Shown here: piece after piece, positions 43,992 to 57,043 of the stretch
Numbering within the stretch: the first letter of the stretch is position 1
Layout of the letters: each line of letters begins with the position of its first letter
NCBI RefSeq assembly: GCF_000143415.4
Contig: NW_003314263.1
Location: 3,916,451 to 3,980,450 of the forward strand
Length of the DNA: 64,000 nucleotides
Origin: Selaginella moellendorffii
Lineage: Eukaryota > Plantae > Lycopodiophyta
Direction of reading: 5' to 3'
Notes under the pieces: generated by a model
What the model was told of the DNA's origin: nothing
The model's input: only the letters and a program-made list of their open reading frames with translations
The model's database searches: none
Position numbers and translations under genes: made by a program

Positions 43992-46025
43992 CTAGTAGGA
44001 AGTAGTGTGCTCCACCGCGTTTCTAAAATTTACGCTCCCAACGCCATAGCTCGTAGCTCCACCGCTACCTCCGCCATACACTCCTCTCCCCGGCGACGCC
44101 ACAAATCTCCTCGTCTCGTCCAGGATCTTCTTCTGATCGACCAAGCCACTCCGATCGAAGCTCCTCAGAACAATCCCGCTGCTGGACGTGTTCTCGCCGG
44201 AAGAGTTCGTCCCTGTCACCGATGGCGCTGCTCCAAATCCAGTGGAAGCGGCGCTGGTCGAAGCGGCAGCGATGGAAGAAGCCTGCGGTCGCTCCTCCAT
44301 CTTCACTTGGTCTCTCTTCCTGTTCATGAAGAACCACGCTAGAGCCAGCACCGCCGTCGTGAAGAACACCGGCATTCCCCAAAACTTTGCGCCGATCTCT
44401 CCCGGCCTGTGCACTGGGAGGTTGGATCGAAACATCCCAACGTAGCCTTCTCCGAATCCCAGCACAACCAACTTGTCCCTGTCGCACACCACCAGCGGCT
44501 GTCTCGCCGTCGCTACCGGAGTGCTGAGAAACGTCTGCGAGATCTCGTCGATGGAAGCCGTGAAGAGCGAGCGGCTACTTCCTCCTCCTCCCACTCGAGA
44601 GTTTCCAAACCCCGAGTGGAGCGTCGTGTTGTAGACTGCTACTTCCCGCGGCGTGACGATGAGAATGTAGCCTTTGAGACCGTGGAGCCTCACCGGTCCC
44701 TGGAGATCGAGTTTCCTCTTCACCCTTGCATGGCAGTCGAAGTGGAGAGTATCCCCGGAGAGTGTCACGTAGATCAGATTGCCATTCTCCGTCACCCCGT
44801 AAGCCTTCGATCGTCCGGAAGCATCGAAGGCGTAAGCCACCAAGCTCGAGTTGCGGAGGCCTTCGCACGGGCTGCTTCGCACCGTCATGGTTCGAAGATC
44901 CAGAGACGCTGCCCCGGAGGCCGTGAGAAAGAGCAGCCTTTGAGTGCTCGAGGTTCGCAAGAACGCCAGAGGCCTGCTGGGCGACTCGGCCGTCCCGTAG
45001 AGAGTCCCATTGTCTCGGAAAACCTGGATCTTCCCACTCGCGTCGGCCACCAGCAAGTATCTCATCCTGCCGACTCTATACATCTCCAGCGTATGGAGTA
45101 TAGGACTTGCTTCGCCACCACCACCCCGAGTGAAAGGATCCACGAACGTGTGACTGAATTCCACTCTCAAGCTCGTCCAGTCCTCCACCGACGAAGATCC
45201 TCTATGAACGCTCTCCCACACCCGGTACGCTAGAACAGCCCCGTTGGAGTAGCCCGTGACGAGCATCGTCTCGTTTCTTCGCAGGATCACTGAGATCATC
45301 GTGGTGACTGGAGCTGTGTAGGGGCTGGAGTGATCCACCAGCAAATCGCCCAGCGAGCTAAAGATGTAGAGATGCCCGGCCTCGTCCCCGACCGCCACGT
45401 ACTTGCCCATCCCATCCTCGCCCTCGTGAGGAAGAATGTGGAGCGACGACAATGGCGCTTCCAGGTGGACCGCCGAGAGGAATTGGAAGTGATCCGACCA
45501 GGCAGGCTTGTATCGCGCCACGACGCGGACCTTGGCTGGGGCCGTGATCGTCATCGCGGCCGTGCCCTGGATCGACGAAGAAGAAGTACCTTGCTGTGGA
45601 CTAGAATCTGGCGATGGCGTGATGATCTTGATCGGCTCCTCCTCCTGCGATTTTTCGGCGCCGCGATCGACGAAATCTCGATCTTGAGGGTCTGGAGCAG
45701 CGAAATTTCTCCTCGCAGGGACGGTATCGTCCAGAGCTCGGACCAAGTCAGCCAATCTATCCACCAGATCTCTCAGTCGATCGAGCTGCTCACTGTTGCC
45801 GCGGATGAGATTCTCGAGCTCGCCGTGCTGCTGCTGCTCGGATCTCCCTACCTTGTTGCCGCCGTCATCGATCAATCCTCCTACAGCTCCGCCTGAGCCT
45901 CTCTCGGGACACATCGCCGCCCCCAATCCATCGCAGAGAGATTGATCCTCGCTGCATCTCGCGGCAATCAGACCGAGAAGCATGACACAGAATGCCGCTC
46001 TCCACATGGATCCATCCTCGCTCAT
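43992..46025 (-). CDS. Uncharacterised membrane protein, At1g75140-like
   Basis: Intronless 677 aa with signal peptide, YKPAWSDHFQFLSAV, YVAVGDEAG and a C-terminal TM helix. Confidence 0.8.
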   Translation of the reverse strand: MSEDGSMWRAAFCVMLLGLIAARCSEDQSLCDGLGAAMCPERGSGGAVGGLIDDGGNKVGRSEQQQHGELENLIRGNSEQLDRLRDLVDRLADLVRALDDTVPARRNFAAPDPQDRDFVDRGAEKSQEEEPIKIITPSPDSSPQQGTSSSSIQGTAAMTITAPAKVRVVARYKPAWSDHFQFLSAVHLEAPLSSLHILPHEGEDGMGKYVAVGDEAGHLYIFSSLGDLLVDHSSPYTAPVTTMISVILRRNETMLVTGYSNGAVLAYRVWESVHRGSSSVEDWTSLRVEFSHTFVDPFTRGGGGEASPILHTLEMYRVGRMRYLLVADASGKIQVFRDNGTLYGTAESPSRPLAFLRTSSTQRLLFLTASGAASLDLRTMTVRSSPCEGLRNSSLVAYAFDASGRSKAYGVTENGNLIYVTLSGDTLHFDCHARVKRKLDLQGPVRLHGLKGYILIVTPREVAVYNTTLHSGFGNSRVGGGGSSRSLFTASIDEISQTFLSTPVATARQPLVVCDRDKLVVLGFGEGYVGMFRSNLPVHRPGEIGAKFWGMPVFFTTAVLALAWFFMNRKRDQVKMEERPQASSIAAASTSAASTGFGAAPSVTGTNSSGENTSSSGIVLRSFDRSGLVDQKKILDETRRFVASPGRGVYGGGSGGATSYGVGSVNFRNAVEHTTSY

Positions 46026-46420
46026 CGCTTCTCTTCACCATACCCCGAGAATTTCTTCCTATAAACCCTAAAATCTCCCCAGGCTTTACAGTAAAGTGGA
46101 AATATTTTGGGCCACATGGCCAAATGGTTTTCCCAAAAACCTAGCAGCGTCTAGGGTGTCGGCGGCCGAGGATTGGGAGCTGGATTGCAAGCAAGGCGCC
46201 AGCGAATCGACACTGGAAGTGAGTGGATTGCTTGATTTTGGCGAGGAAATCTCGCGTTGCGACGTCTTTTCTCGAGATTCTGGCATGGTGTAGGAATTCT
46301 TCTCGTCGCGGCTCTTAGCTCAGATTTCCGGGAGAAGCAGGCACATTTTAGTTCGTGTACAGATCTAGAGGATCCCCGGGCTTGGTGTACAGTACCAGTG
46401 GCACAGATTTGTACAAAACC

Positions 46421-49042
46421 ATGGACAGGATAGGTGATAGAAAGGTTGTAAATGAGAGGAGGATCGAGGAGGAACAACAGGATTTAGGATCGTTTCCTGC
46501 AAATGGTATCTCTTCCTTTCGTTCTTTTGGTTTTTGGGATTGTCTAAACGTGGTTTCTTGCTTGCAGATGGCCGCTTTGATGCCTCCCAGTACGCGTTTT
46601 TTGGACGAGACGTGACTCAAGATGTTGAGCTTGGAGGATTAGACGATGACGATGACGAAGACATTGGTCATCTTCATGAGATTGAGGATGATGTTTACTC
46701 GTCCACTGCCAGTAGAGCAGAGGTAAAGGGCGAGAGTTTTTTTTTTCGGGTTTCGATAGTGTGCTATTGATTTTTCTTGTTGCAGATAGGAGCGTTCGAT
46801 GTCTCATCTGAAGTGGAGGACGTTGGCGAACTTACGAGCTCCTTTTTGAAGGTATTAGCTTGGTGTGTCGATGCTATTTGATCGAGCTTGTCTCCTGTCT
46901 GTTGCAGCTAAATGCGATTGATTCTGGCGACAGATTTCGAAGTCAACTGGATGAGGTTGGAATTACGGAAAAAGATGGTGAGGCTAGTTACTGTCCCTCC
47001 ACTTTTGTCTAACAATGCTCGCTTCTGCAGTTCACGACTTTCCCGTCGATGTGACTTGGGCCGGAAACGAGTACGAGAGGAATCAGTGGGCTCAGTCGAG
47101 ACAAAGCTCACAGCAAACAATAGCAGAGTTGCAGCAGAGGACAGAAGAGCTCTATCAAAGAGCCAGAACTTCGGATTCTTCGCAGCAAACCATAGATGAT
47201 CTGCAACAGCGGGCAGAAGAAATCTATCAAAGGATCAGGTCTTCTTCTGATTCGGGGCAGCAGCAGCAACAATGGTGGCGTGACGGTGGCTCTATTCAGC
47301 CTCCTGGTTACAATCTGCCCAAGTCTCACGGCTGGCCTGGACAAGCTCCAGCTTCGTCCTCAGGACCGGTTGTAAATAGTGCGTTCAAGTCCCAGCAGTT
47401 TACGAATCCTCAAATGGCACAGGCAATGATGGGTCCGTGGTTACAGTCGAACGTGGCACCGATTCCTCCAGGCGCTGTTCGACACCCTCTGCCTCAACAA
47501 AATCCTCTCATGCCGTCCCAAGTGGTGCTACAGCAGTATCAAAGGTCACAGGGATATCCAGCGCCGCCTTCCTTTGCTCAGATCCAACAGCAGCAGCAGC
47601 AGCAACAACAGCAGGCAATGAGCATGTCCCAAAAGTCGGACTTAGCAGGCTTGGGGGATTTCAGAGATCCCAGGGGAAGGCAGCAGACTCCTCGGGGCTC
47701 TCCAGATAGCTCGTATGGTTCCAGGAAAAGCTTGGACTCTTCACCTCAGATGCGATCCAAGTATATGACGACGGACGAGATCGACACCATTGTGAGGATT
47801 CAATGGGCTGCAACGCACGGAAGTGATCCATACATTGACGACTACTACCACCAGGCAATGCAGTCGAAACAGGCGGGTGGTACGCCGCACGGAAGACGGC
47901 ATTTCGCTCCTTCTCATTTGCGGGAGCTCCCGTCCCACGCACGAACAGCAGCAGAGCCGCATGCCTTTCTCCAGGTTGACGCGCTAGGGAGGATTCCTTT
48001 CTCGTCGATTCGCAGGCCACGACCATTGCTCGACGTAGACGGCGTCAACAGCACGGGTGACAGACTATTGTCATCCGACAGTGCTTCAAGTCAGAGACGC
48101 TTGGAGCAGGAGCCGATGTTAGCCGCAAGGATTGCTGTGGAGGACGGGCTGTGCCTGCTCTTGGACGTCGACGACATCGACCGCATGCTGGCCGTCTCTC
48201 AGCATCCCGACGGTGGTGGCCAGTTGCGGCGACGCAGACAAATGCTGCTGGAAGGACTGGCAGCCTCGCTTCAGCTGGTCGATCCTTTGGCTCCAGGCAG
48301 TGCGATGAGAGACTCGAGCGGACGGTTTGGACTGGCTGCCAAGGATGATCTGGTGTTCCTGCGGTTGGTCTCGCTCCCCAAAGGCAGGAAGCTCCTCACC
48401 AGATATCTACGACTGCTCGTCCCGGGAAGCGAGCTCGTTCGCATCGTCCTCATGGCAGTTTTCCGGCATTTGAGGTTCTTATTCGGCGGCGTCCAGTCCG
48501 ATCCAAGCGCTGCGGCTTCGTCCACTGGTCTCGCGAATGCAGTCGCCGCCACCATCAAAACCATGGACTTGCCATCTCTCAGCGCCTGCCTCGCAGCGGT
48601 GGTCTTGGCATCGGAGCCGCCACCTTTGAGACCGGTAGGAAGCCCGTCCGGCGATGGAGCCACGGTGGCTCTCCAGGCAGTGCTGGACCGAGCTACGAGC
48701 ATCCTGACGGACAGGAACGTCCAGTACCCGCTCCAGAACACGAGCGTGTGGCAGGCTTCGTTCGACGCCTTCTTCGGCCTGCTGTCCAAGTACTGCACCA
48801 ACAAGTACGAGAGTATAATGCACTCGCTGCTCATGGCGTCGGCCGGGAGCTCGGCGGCCATCAACGCGGCGGCGGCGGCGGCCATGACTCGCGAGATGCC
48901 GATCGAGCTGCTGCGCTCCAGTCTGCCGCACACCAACGAGAACCAGCGCAAGAGGCTGCTGGAGCTCGCGCAGAGGTCGCTGGTGATGGGAGTGGGCGTT
49001 GGCGATGGGCATGTCAGTGCCGCCGCGGCGGTGAGAGGCTGA
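46421..49042 (+). CDS. PAT1: PAT1 mRNA decapping activator homolog
   Basis: FDASQYAFFG..VELGGL, RSKYMTTDEI, THGSDPYIDDYYHQA, LEQEPMLAARIAVEDG, REMPIELLRSSLPHT. Confidence 0.92.
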
Positions 49043-49879
49043 GGTATGGTCGATCTCTTCCTTGGTTTCCTTGATAGCATTGCGCACTAATGCCTTGGCG
49101 TTCTTTTTTGCTAGAAAACCATGCACCAGGTGCAAATAAAATGTGTCATTACTCGTTTTAAACACTTGCTGGCACTGATGTGATCTTGCACGAACAATGT
49201 GAATATTTCGGACCGCAGAGCTGGTGGCTGATGTCTGATGTGGACTTCCAGAATACTGAATTTGGCTCCACTCCGCTTGAAGCTCAGTATAAACTAGCGG
49301 TAAGCCTCAACTTAGACAAGTAGGCCTGTGTATAACATGTGGTACATTGTAAGTGGTGTCATGGACAAAGGGAGATACGATTGTGTACATGGATTGAAAT
49401 CATTCAGCTCGTTGTGCAGGGCCGATTTCAAGCGCTGATGTGAAGGTTGCGCCTTAAGACGAGATGGAGACGTATAGCAGCTTGTGTTACTTCGAGAGTC
49501 ATGGAAGCAAATGAGTGATCACGATCACAATTCCAAAATTTTGATACAGATGGTATTTCCATATTTTGATAAATAAGATATATTCAGTCCCGTATTAACT
49601 ATCGCTTCACATTTCCACCCAAAACAGTCGTTTCCTCCCTTAGCAGCGTAGCAGCGTAGCAGCAGAAAGTTTCGTTTCCTTATTCAGCAGCGAAGTATCT
49701 CGATACTGCGTCAGAAACTGCGCGTTCATTTCTTGCTACAACCGGCTTGGACGCTTCGTCGAGTGCGTCTCCACGAGCCACCGCTCGCAGCATTGCTTGC
49801 GCTAAACCAAGGGCCCGGGTAGGATATATAGGAGATGGACCAAACGCAGGTGTTTACTGCGCTGGTTAGAGCCACTTAA

Positions 49880-50510
49880 CAAATTGACCGACGTCCAGAG
49901 CCTGCACGAGAGTGCAACTATGAACAAGGAGCTGGACATATACAACAACTAGTTTCCAGATTTTCCTGCTATATGTTCCTGGATGTGATTACACAGACGC
50001 AATGCCAGTGAGCCATGACATTGGCAAGGACATGGTAGGCTATCTCGGGGACGTGTTGGTGAGAGCCGAGGGTCAGGCTGATGCCAGAACATCTTGCGGA
50101 TATCCATCATGTGGATCTCATTCTTGGGATGCCATGGTTGGTGAAGGTGGATCTGGAGATAGTGATCTATAGTGTGAGTTTTGTTTTTGCAGCTTTAGAT
50201 CACAAGTATGGTTACAGCGAGGAATCAGAACCTTGTTTCGACTTCCTCCAGTTTGCCAGGCCGAAACGAATCTGTTTGCTGGCTTGCCCGACCGCCCCAG
50301 AGTGCGAGAAGAGTCGCGACGAACAAGGAACTGGATAAGTTCAAGGTGCATGGATTTGGCAACATTTACTTGGAGGGTTTGCTATCAGTTTCTATTTGTC
50401 TGTTGGTATTGCATCGATGTCCTCGCCTCCACCTAGGTAATCACAGTTAGAAGAGAACCTGAGATAAGCCAGCGAGGGTGTGGTAAGCTATCTCGACGAC
50501 GTGGTTAAAC
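49880..50510 (+). mobile_element. Highly degenerate Ty3/gypsy pol relic
   Basis: Protease-end motif DLILGMPWL (50114-50140), RT motif VSYLDDV (50483-50503), and a diverged duplicate VGYLGDV at ~50035. Confidence 0.55.
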
Positions 50511-50657
50511 ATGGAGATCGAAAGACGTTGCTCCCTTTTTTGTGATAGTGAGACGAAAGCCGATCTTCAAATTACGTTGGAAGTGAATTGATTTTACACG
50601 TTTTATGCACGAAACGGACTAGATCAAAGCGCAGGAAGAATGTTGTCTTCGTCGTTT

Positions 50658-53600
50658 TTACAGAGGAAACTCCGCTTGCAATGTTTCCAAGTCACGCTTG
50701 TCACAGGCGTCGAGAAGATCTGTCCTGGTGGCACTGGCACAACAACGAAGGTCGACACCAATCGCGTGAGATCAAAGCGCTGCAAACCCGAGGATAGAAT
50801 AGACACGAACCTGAGTGACATTCTAAGGTACTGCCAAGCGTTGTCGGCTTTGGGATTCATGCACAAGGCTCGGACGTAGTAGCGAATGGATTCCTGGTAC
50901 TGGGCCTGCACAAGATTTGTCTCTTTATCTATCATCTAGAAAAGAAGATAAAAAGTTACTTGATTCGCGTAGCCAATTCCCATGTTAGACCACGCGCGCA
51001 CATAGTTTGGCTTTAGATTTAGCGCCTGGAAAATTTCCAATGAGTTAGAAAAGAATGCACAAGCAGCAGAGAGAAACTATCACCTCTTGGTAGGCATATA
51101 TCGCGTCGGAGCTTCGTGCGCTGTTGGCCTGCGTAGCTCCCAGCTTGTTCCACAGGGAATAATCACGGGGTTTTAGCTTGAGAGCTGTCTCGAAGGACTG
51201 TATCGCGTTGGAGTATTCCCGAGAGAGGTTGTAGAGAACACCCAAGACGGTGTGGACGTCACCATCTTCTGGTGCCATTGCTGCTGCCTCGTTAAACAAT
51301 CGGGCAACCTGAAGGATTTCAAAGAGTTTGGGGTTACAGTTCAATTGCAAAAACTTACGTCCGATTGCGTGAGACTTTCGGCATTCTCTTGAGGCACAAG
51401 TATTCCATACTTTGGATGGTGTTGAAGCCAGCCTCTTAGATATCTCAAGGCTTCAGGCTGCTCCAATTCTAAAAGAAAATCAACACTATAAGAACGAGGG
51501 CAGCTGAGGTTACGTTACCATTAGTATGACTAACGCCAAGAGCTAACAAAACCTCCAGATTGGTGGGGTCTGCGTCTCTTGCTCGAACCATCGATGCGAT
51601 TGCCTAGCAAAGAGAAATAGAGGTTCACAACAAAATTAAAAGGAAATAAAAATAAAAGACTCACCTGACGATCGTCATCATTTTCAGCATGAGTAATCCC
51701 TAGCAATCGCCATCCCTCGGCATTCTCTGGATTTTTTATCACTTCCGCTTCCAGAGCAAGCACAGCTTCGCTGAGCAGGCCCTTCCTGAACAGCTCTTGG
51801 CCTTCCTTGAGGGGATTCGGGTGGCCGACATATGGGTTCTGGTCAGCAAAAACGTATGTCCACTTTGAGGACGCGGAACGACTTTGTTCCCCTCTAAGTT
51901 GTTCCTCCACGAACCTGGAAAACAGCGTTAGCTCTACAAAAAGGACGACATTTAGCCTTACTTATCGTAACTTTCTTGCCAGTCCTCTGACACGAACGCA
52001 CCATCATCCACCTGCTCTTGAAACTCGTCGGCCCACTTTTGCGTCCTGTTGGAAAATTCTTCGGCCCAGGCCCCACCAGGTTCTTGTTGAGCAAACTCGT
52101 CAGCCCAGCTGTTTGCGTTGGCGTGCTACATTTTCTACGATCAGCCTCTCGAAAACAAAACGTATAAAGAAAAAATAAAACCTCGCCAGCAGTGAACTCT
52201 GCAGCCCAGTTTCCCGGATGGTTTACTTGTGTGAACTCTTGAGCCCAGGCATTGGGAACAGCGTTCTCCTTCACTTGATTGTCTTCTACAATCAATTCAC
52301 CGCGACTCATTCGCGACACAAAGTGCAAAAACTTTGAATTCTGTAAGACATGATTTTCAGTGCCAGAAAGATGCAAGAATAAAAGCTTACTTGGAACTTT
52401 GGATCTTCATTTTTAGACAGCGTGTCCACAAGAGACTGAGTTTGTTCTAAAGAGCTGACGTTTCTGAAATCAGCGTGCCTAGCAGGCAGAGACTGCTGCT
52501 GCTGAAAATTCGAAGAACAAATGTTACAAAACAAAAACAAAAAAACATCGAGAGAAAGATACCACCTCACTGAACTGCGCCGCCCAGCCGTCAGCATCAT
52601 GTTGTGATTGAAACTCTTCAGCCCAGTAATTCTTCTGAGGATATTGTTGATGGAAATCTTGCACCCATTCCTCATGTTTACCATGGTTGGTGTTGCCCCA
52701 ATAATTTTCCATCTCAGAAAACGCTCTATTGGAAGGTTCTCGAACTTCTCGAACGCCATCTTCTATATCCAAAGATTCCAAGAAAGCATTAACCTGAAAA
52801 TAAATATTAGAACTATGAGCTATGAGAGCAAAGAATTCAGAGCTTATATGTACCTGCGCATTGACATACTCTTCCCCTTTATCGGCAAAGAAATGCCTAG
52901 CCATGATACTACTACGATCGCGAATGCGTTGCTTGTCGAATCCTGACAATCCGAGCTCAGGCAGGCGAACAGCATGAAAAGGAAGTTCTGTTCTGCTGCT
53001 AGCGAAAAATGAACGAAGGAAACCAGATAGAGCATGCTGCGGAGGTCCTGTGATTTACAAGCACAAATTAAAACAAAGCTCGCAAAAGAAAAAAAAACGC
53101 GAACCTTACCATCCATGTAATGTAGCTGCTGAACGTTTCCTCCCGGTTTCTGGCCATAGATTCGTTCGAATTCTGAAAACCTCGACAAGTCTTCTCCCCT
53201 TTGCGTAGCTTCGTTCCAAGCATCAGCGTAAGGAGCCGGTTCGGCATCACGAAACCCGCGCATGAACTCTGAATGCTGCAACTGAAAACTCAGCAAAGCT
53301 CCAGATTGAAAATTTTCCACCTGAGTTTCATTCTGAAACTCCGTTCCCGGAAGTGATGCAGCGGAGCTGCTCCCATACTCCAATTGCTGTCCAGGGCCTT
53401 GGAAAGTTGGAATGGTTGGAAGCTCACGTACTCTTTCCTGAAAAGAAAGGCTTTTAGAGGACAGCACTCCAACTAAACATACAAGAATGTGGCCTATTTC
53501 CTCTCTCGATTCTCTTCTTTCTTCCTAAACTTTGCTCTAGCATTAGAAGTGAATATCGATTCTACGAACCTGAGCTTTTGGCAGCGATCCCAGCAAGGAG

Positions 53601-53695
53601 CTGGCGAAATTGGCCAGAGGATTCGAAGAGGACGAGGCGCCCTCGCCTGGGACGACGCATCCTCCAGCTCCAGTCACCAAATCGCGCAGCGCCAT
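50658..53695 (-). CDS. PEX5: Peroxisomal PTS1 receptor PEX5
   Basis: MALRDLVTGAGGC...SNPL, WxxxF repeats, NSKFLHFVSRMSRGEL, TPR region LWNKLGATQANS, ending EFPL*. Confidence 0.96.
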
Positions 53696-53906
53696 CGCTC
53701 CCACCCCAGCGCCCTATCAATCTATGATAGAACCCTAAAAAAAAATTTCACCTCTATCAAATAATTGACCCTAGGCCTAGGTTCATGGAAGGAAGCTTCA
53801 TGGAGAAATCTGGATCTCACGAAATTTTCTCTCTCTGTAGCCTTGACTTCCACAGAGGAGGCAAGAAATCCCTAGTTTCACGACATTGGCGCTGGGACTG
53901 GCGGGC

Positions 53907-56032
53907 ATGGAGGAAGAATCCATCATCCACGCTCTCCTCGCGACGATCGATCATATTTCCGAGGTAGCCATGGCGGCACAGGTAAACAAGGGCCAGATCT
54001 TCGTCCTCCTCACGGCTTGCGGCTACGTGCGCCTCCACATTGATCTCTGGAGCGCGCGCTGCTCGCCGGCCACCATCGCCAGGCAGCAATCGTGCTTCCA
54101 GCAGCTCGATCAGGCGCTCCTCGCGGTGCTGCGCGTGGCATCCAAGTATTCCGGGCCGGATTGGATCGAGAAGCCATGGCTGTACGTGGCTCGCGAGAAT
54201 GCGGTGGTTTTCGAGGCGCTGCTCGACGATCTGGCGATCCATGTGGACCTCGTCATGGCGGCATTGCTCCAGGACAGGGATTGTTCTTCCGGGACCAAGG
54301 ATTGGATTGGGGTGTTGAGAAGGACGAGCTGGGAGAATTCCAAGGCGCTGAGGTGTGGGCTGAGGATCAGTGCTAGCGAGGACAAGACCAAACTGCTAGA
54401 GATTTTGGGAAGTGCTCGGGGTGGCTCCTCAGTGGCCACCAACATGCTGCGATCGTCGGGCTCGCCATCGGCGGCAAGTAGAATGGATTGGATTGATCCA
54501 TCAGAGCTCGAGCTTGACGATAGGAAGCCTCTGGGACAAGGCTCGTTTGGATTAGTGTTCCAGACAACTTGGGCTGGTCACACAGTGGCAGTGAAGAAGT
54601 TTCCAAAGGAGCTATGGTCGCAAGATCCGTGGGAGGTATGCCAATCTTTCCATTCTTTGACTTATAGCTGGTGATGGTTTTTTGTTCCCTTGTTTCTTTT
54701 CAGGGAGAGATCATGGTGAAGCTCAGGCCGTGCCATCCATCGGTGCTCCAAATCCTCGGCTGGTCGGAGAAAGATAACAAAGCTTATCTCGTCATGGAGC
54801 TCATGCAAGGAAGCCTCGCTCGGCTCATTCCAAGCCTCGTCACTGCTCCAATCATCCTGATCGTGGAGATCATGCTCCAGATCGCACAGGGAATGGATTT
54901 CGTGCACAAGAAGAAGATAATTCACAGGGATCTCAAGCCGGGGAACGTCCTCGTAAACTTTGACGGCAAGTTTGAGGATGGATCGGCTCACAACATCGTC
55001 GCAAAGGTGGCGGATTTTGGGCTCTCCAAGATGAACTTTTCAAGCAACCATTATCACAGCCACTTGAAAGGAACGGTTCTCTACATGGCTCCAGAGATGC
55101 TCGAGGGGGACTGGGAGATGAAGAGCCAGTACGATTTAAGCGTCGACGTTTACAGCTACGGGATGATGTTTGCCGAGATCCTCACCGGGACGCCGCCATA
55201 TCCTCTCGGCCTTACCAAGAAGGCTTTGCTCGATGAGATTCGGCGTGGCTTGAGACCCAGGCTTCCGCAACGCTGCCCTCAAGCTCTCAAGGACACCATC
55301 GCCTACTGCTGGGATTCACAGCCTCGTCGGCGGCCAACTTTCGAGCATATATGCACGCGGCTGTGGAGGCTCAAGGGACAGCTTCTCACCGGGGGTGTCT
55401 ACTGCATGCCGGACGCGAGGATCATTGTCAAGGGAAAGCTTCTCGTCGGGGAAAAACTCACGGGACAGGGGAGCTTTGTGACTGACACCGAGTGGTCGAT
55501 TTGCTACTGGGTTCGTCACCAGAGCAATGGCAAGACAGTGCGGCTGTTGCCAGCGATGGAGATAAGCTCTCGAGACAAATCTCCAGAGTACGTGATCACG
55601 GGTTGCGACTACGACTCCAGCATCGAGCTGGTTTGCATCAGCGTGGACAGCAAAGAGCACAGCACCACCACGACTTGCAGGGCGTTTGCTGGCTACGGTG
55701 GATCTGTCGACTGTGACGATTTCTACAAGCAGCCGAGTACACACTTCGCGGTGAAAGTTTTCGAAGATGATGAGAAGTCCTGGAAGGGAAAGTTAGTGAT
55801 CACAAAGACCGGATTGAAGCTGAGCAACCGCAGGATGTGCAGTTCTACCATCTGGGAGCCCTACAATGGAGGTTTTTCCGTGGAAGTGGCACCACTGGAG
55901 AGCAGCCTGGCGCAGTGTGTAGTGAAAGGCGAGGGTGGCACATATCGTCTACAGTTTGATAAGTGGGAGTTGCGAGACCTGGCGATCATCACTATCAAGA
56001 GCAGCATCTATGGTGGCAAGACGAATAAATAG
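53907..56032 (+). CDS. Raf-like/TKL protein kinase with a helical N-terminal domain and a C-terminal Ig+PH-like extension
   Basis: Two exons (intron ~54636-54703). LGQGSFG, VAVKK, HRDLKPGN, VADFG, YMAPE and DVYSYG are all intact. Confidence 0.92.
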
Positions 56033-56453
56033 CGATGAAAGCGAAAGTTTATCACAGTTTGGTTAGAGATGAGGAGCAGGATATCTGGCGGCTCACCCAA
56101 ACCTTGAAAGAAAAAATCTTGTAAGAACTTGGCAGCAAGAGAAATCTCAGGTAAAGGAGGGGCAAGGAATTTTTCTGTCTAGATTTCATCTTTTTGAGCA
56201 GATTTAAATCAAATCTTGCACAGCCTTTTTTTTTTTTTTTGAGAGAGAGTTGTAGCTCAATTGTTTTCTTGTTATCCAGCAATCAGTCCAGAATCGAGGT
56301 TTGTGCTCACGCCGAAGAGCGAACCAACTGTGCAGCTCAATTGGAACTCCTTTGCGAGACGATTGAGCTTCCACGGCCCATTCTAACACCATCCGTGAAA
56401 ACGAATCCCTTTTTGCTGCCTAGTTGGTTTTCGAAGACTATGAACCCTTATAG

Positions 56454-56589
56454 TCCCTGCAACGATTCCAGACGTGGGCAGGGAATGTGCTTGGTGGAGT
56501 CGAGGCCTGACTTTCATTTGCTCGTCTCCTACTTGGCATTTCTTGAGACTAAGTACATTCCCTGTCCACGTCTGGAATCGTTGCAGGGA
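56454..56589 (+). ncRNA. pre-miRNA-like hairpin (or small fold-back element)
   Basis: 42-bp stem: tccctgcaacgattccagacgtgggcagggaatgtgcttggt / actaagtacattccctgtccacgtctggaatcgttgcaggga. The three differences are all G:U on the plus strand. Confidence 0.55.
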
Positions 56590-57043
56590 GCCTCTGTGAG
56601 TGGATCATGACTCTCAGAGCTTGTCCTCTTGCTCTTGCTCCAATGAAATGCCCTCCGTCTATCCCCTCGACATGACCCAGCTCTCGTAAGAATCAAGCTC
56701 CTTTTTCTTCCTTCTTCGCAAGAAATTTCTCTTCGTTTTGTGCTGTGGCAGGAAGATGACTGGAGTAGAGTACGTGCTGCTCGAAGCCAGGAGCCCAATC
56801 TCTTTGTCCTCCACAAGTAAAAGACTATATCCTCGACGGCCATATCTATCAATTACCGCTGCTCTACAGTGTTGTTTGCAGCAGATGGTTAAATCACGAG
56901 GCCTTTCTTGTGCTGCTTCTGATGATCCGCCAGCTGTGCATCACATCTCCACTGCCTTCTGCCAAGTCTCAGCAAAGCTCGAGAAGTCTTTTGTTCCTGT
57001 CCCTGACGATGCTCTGATGTAGACCATGAGAATGAGCTGTGCA

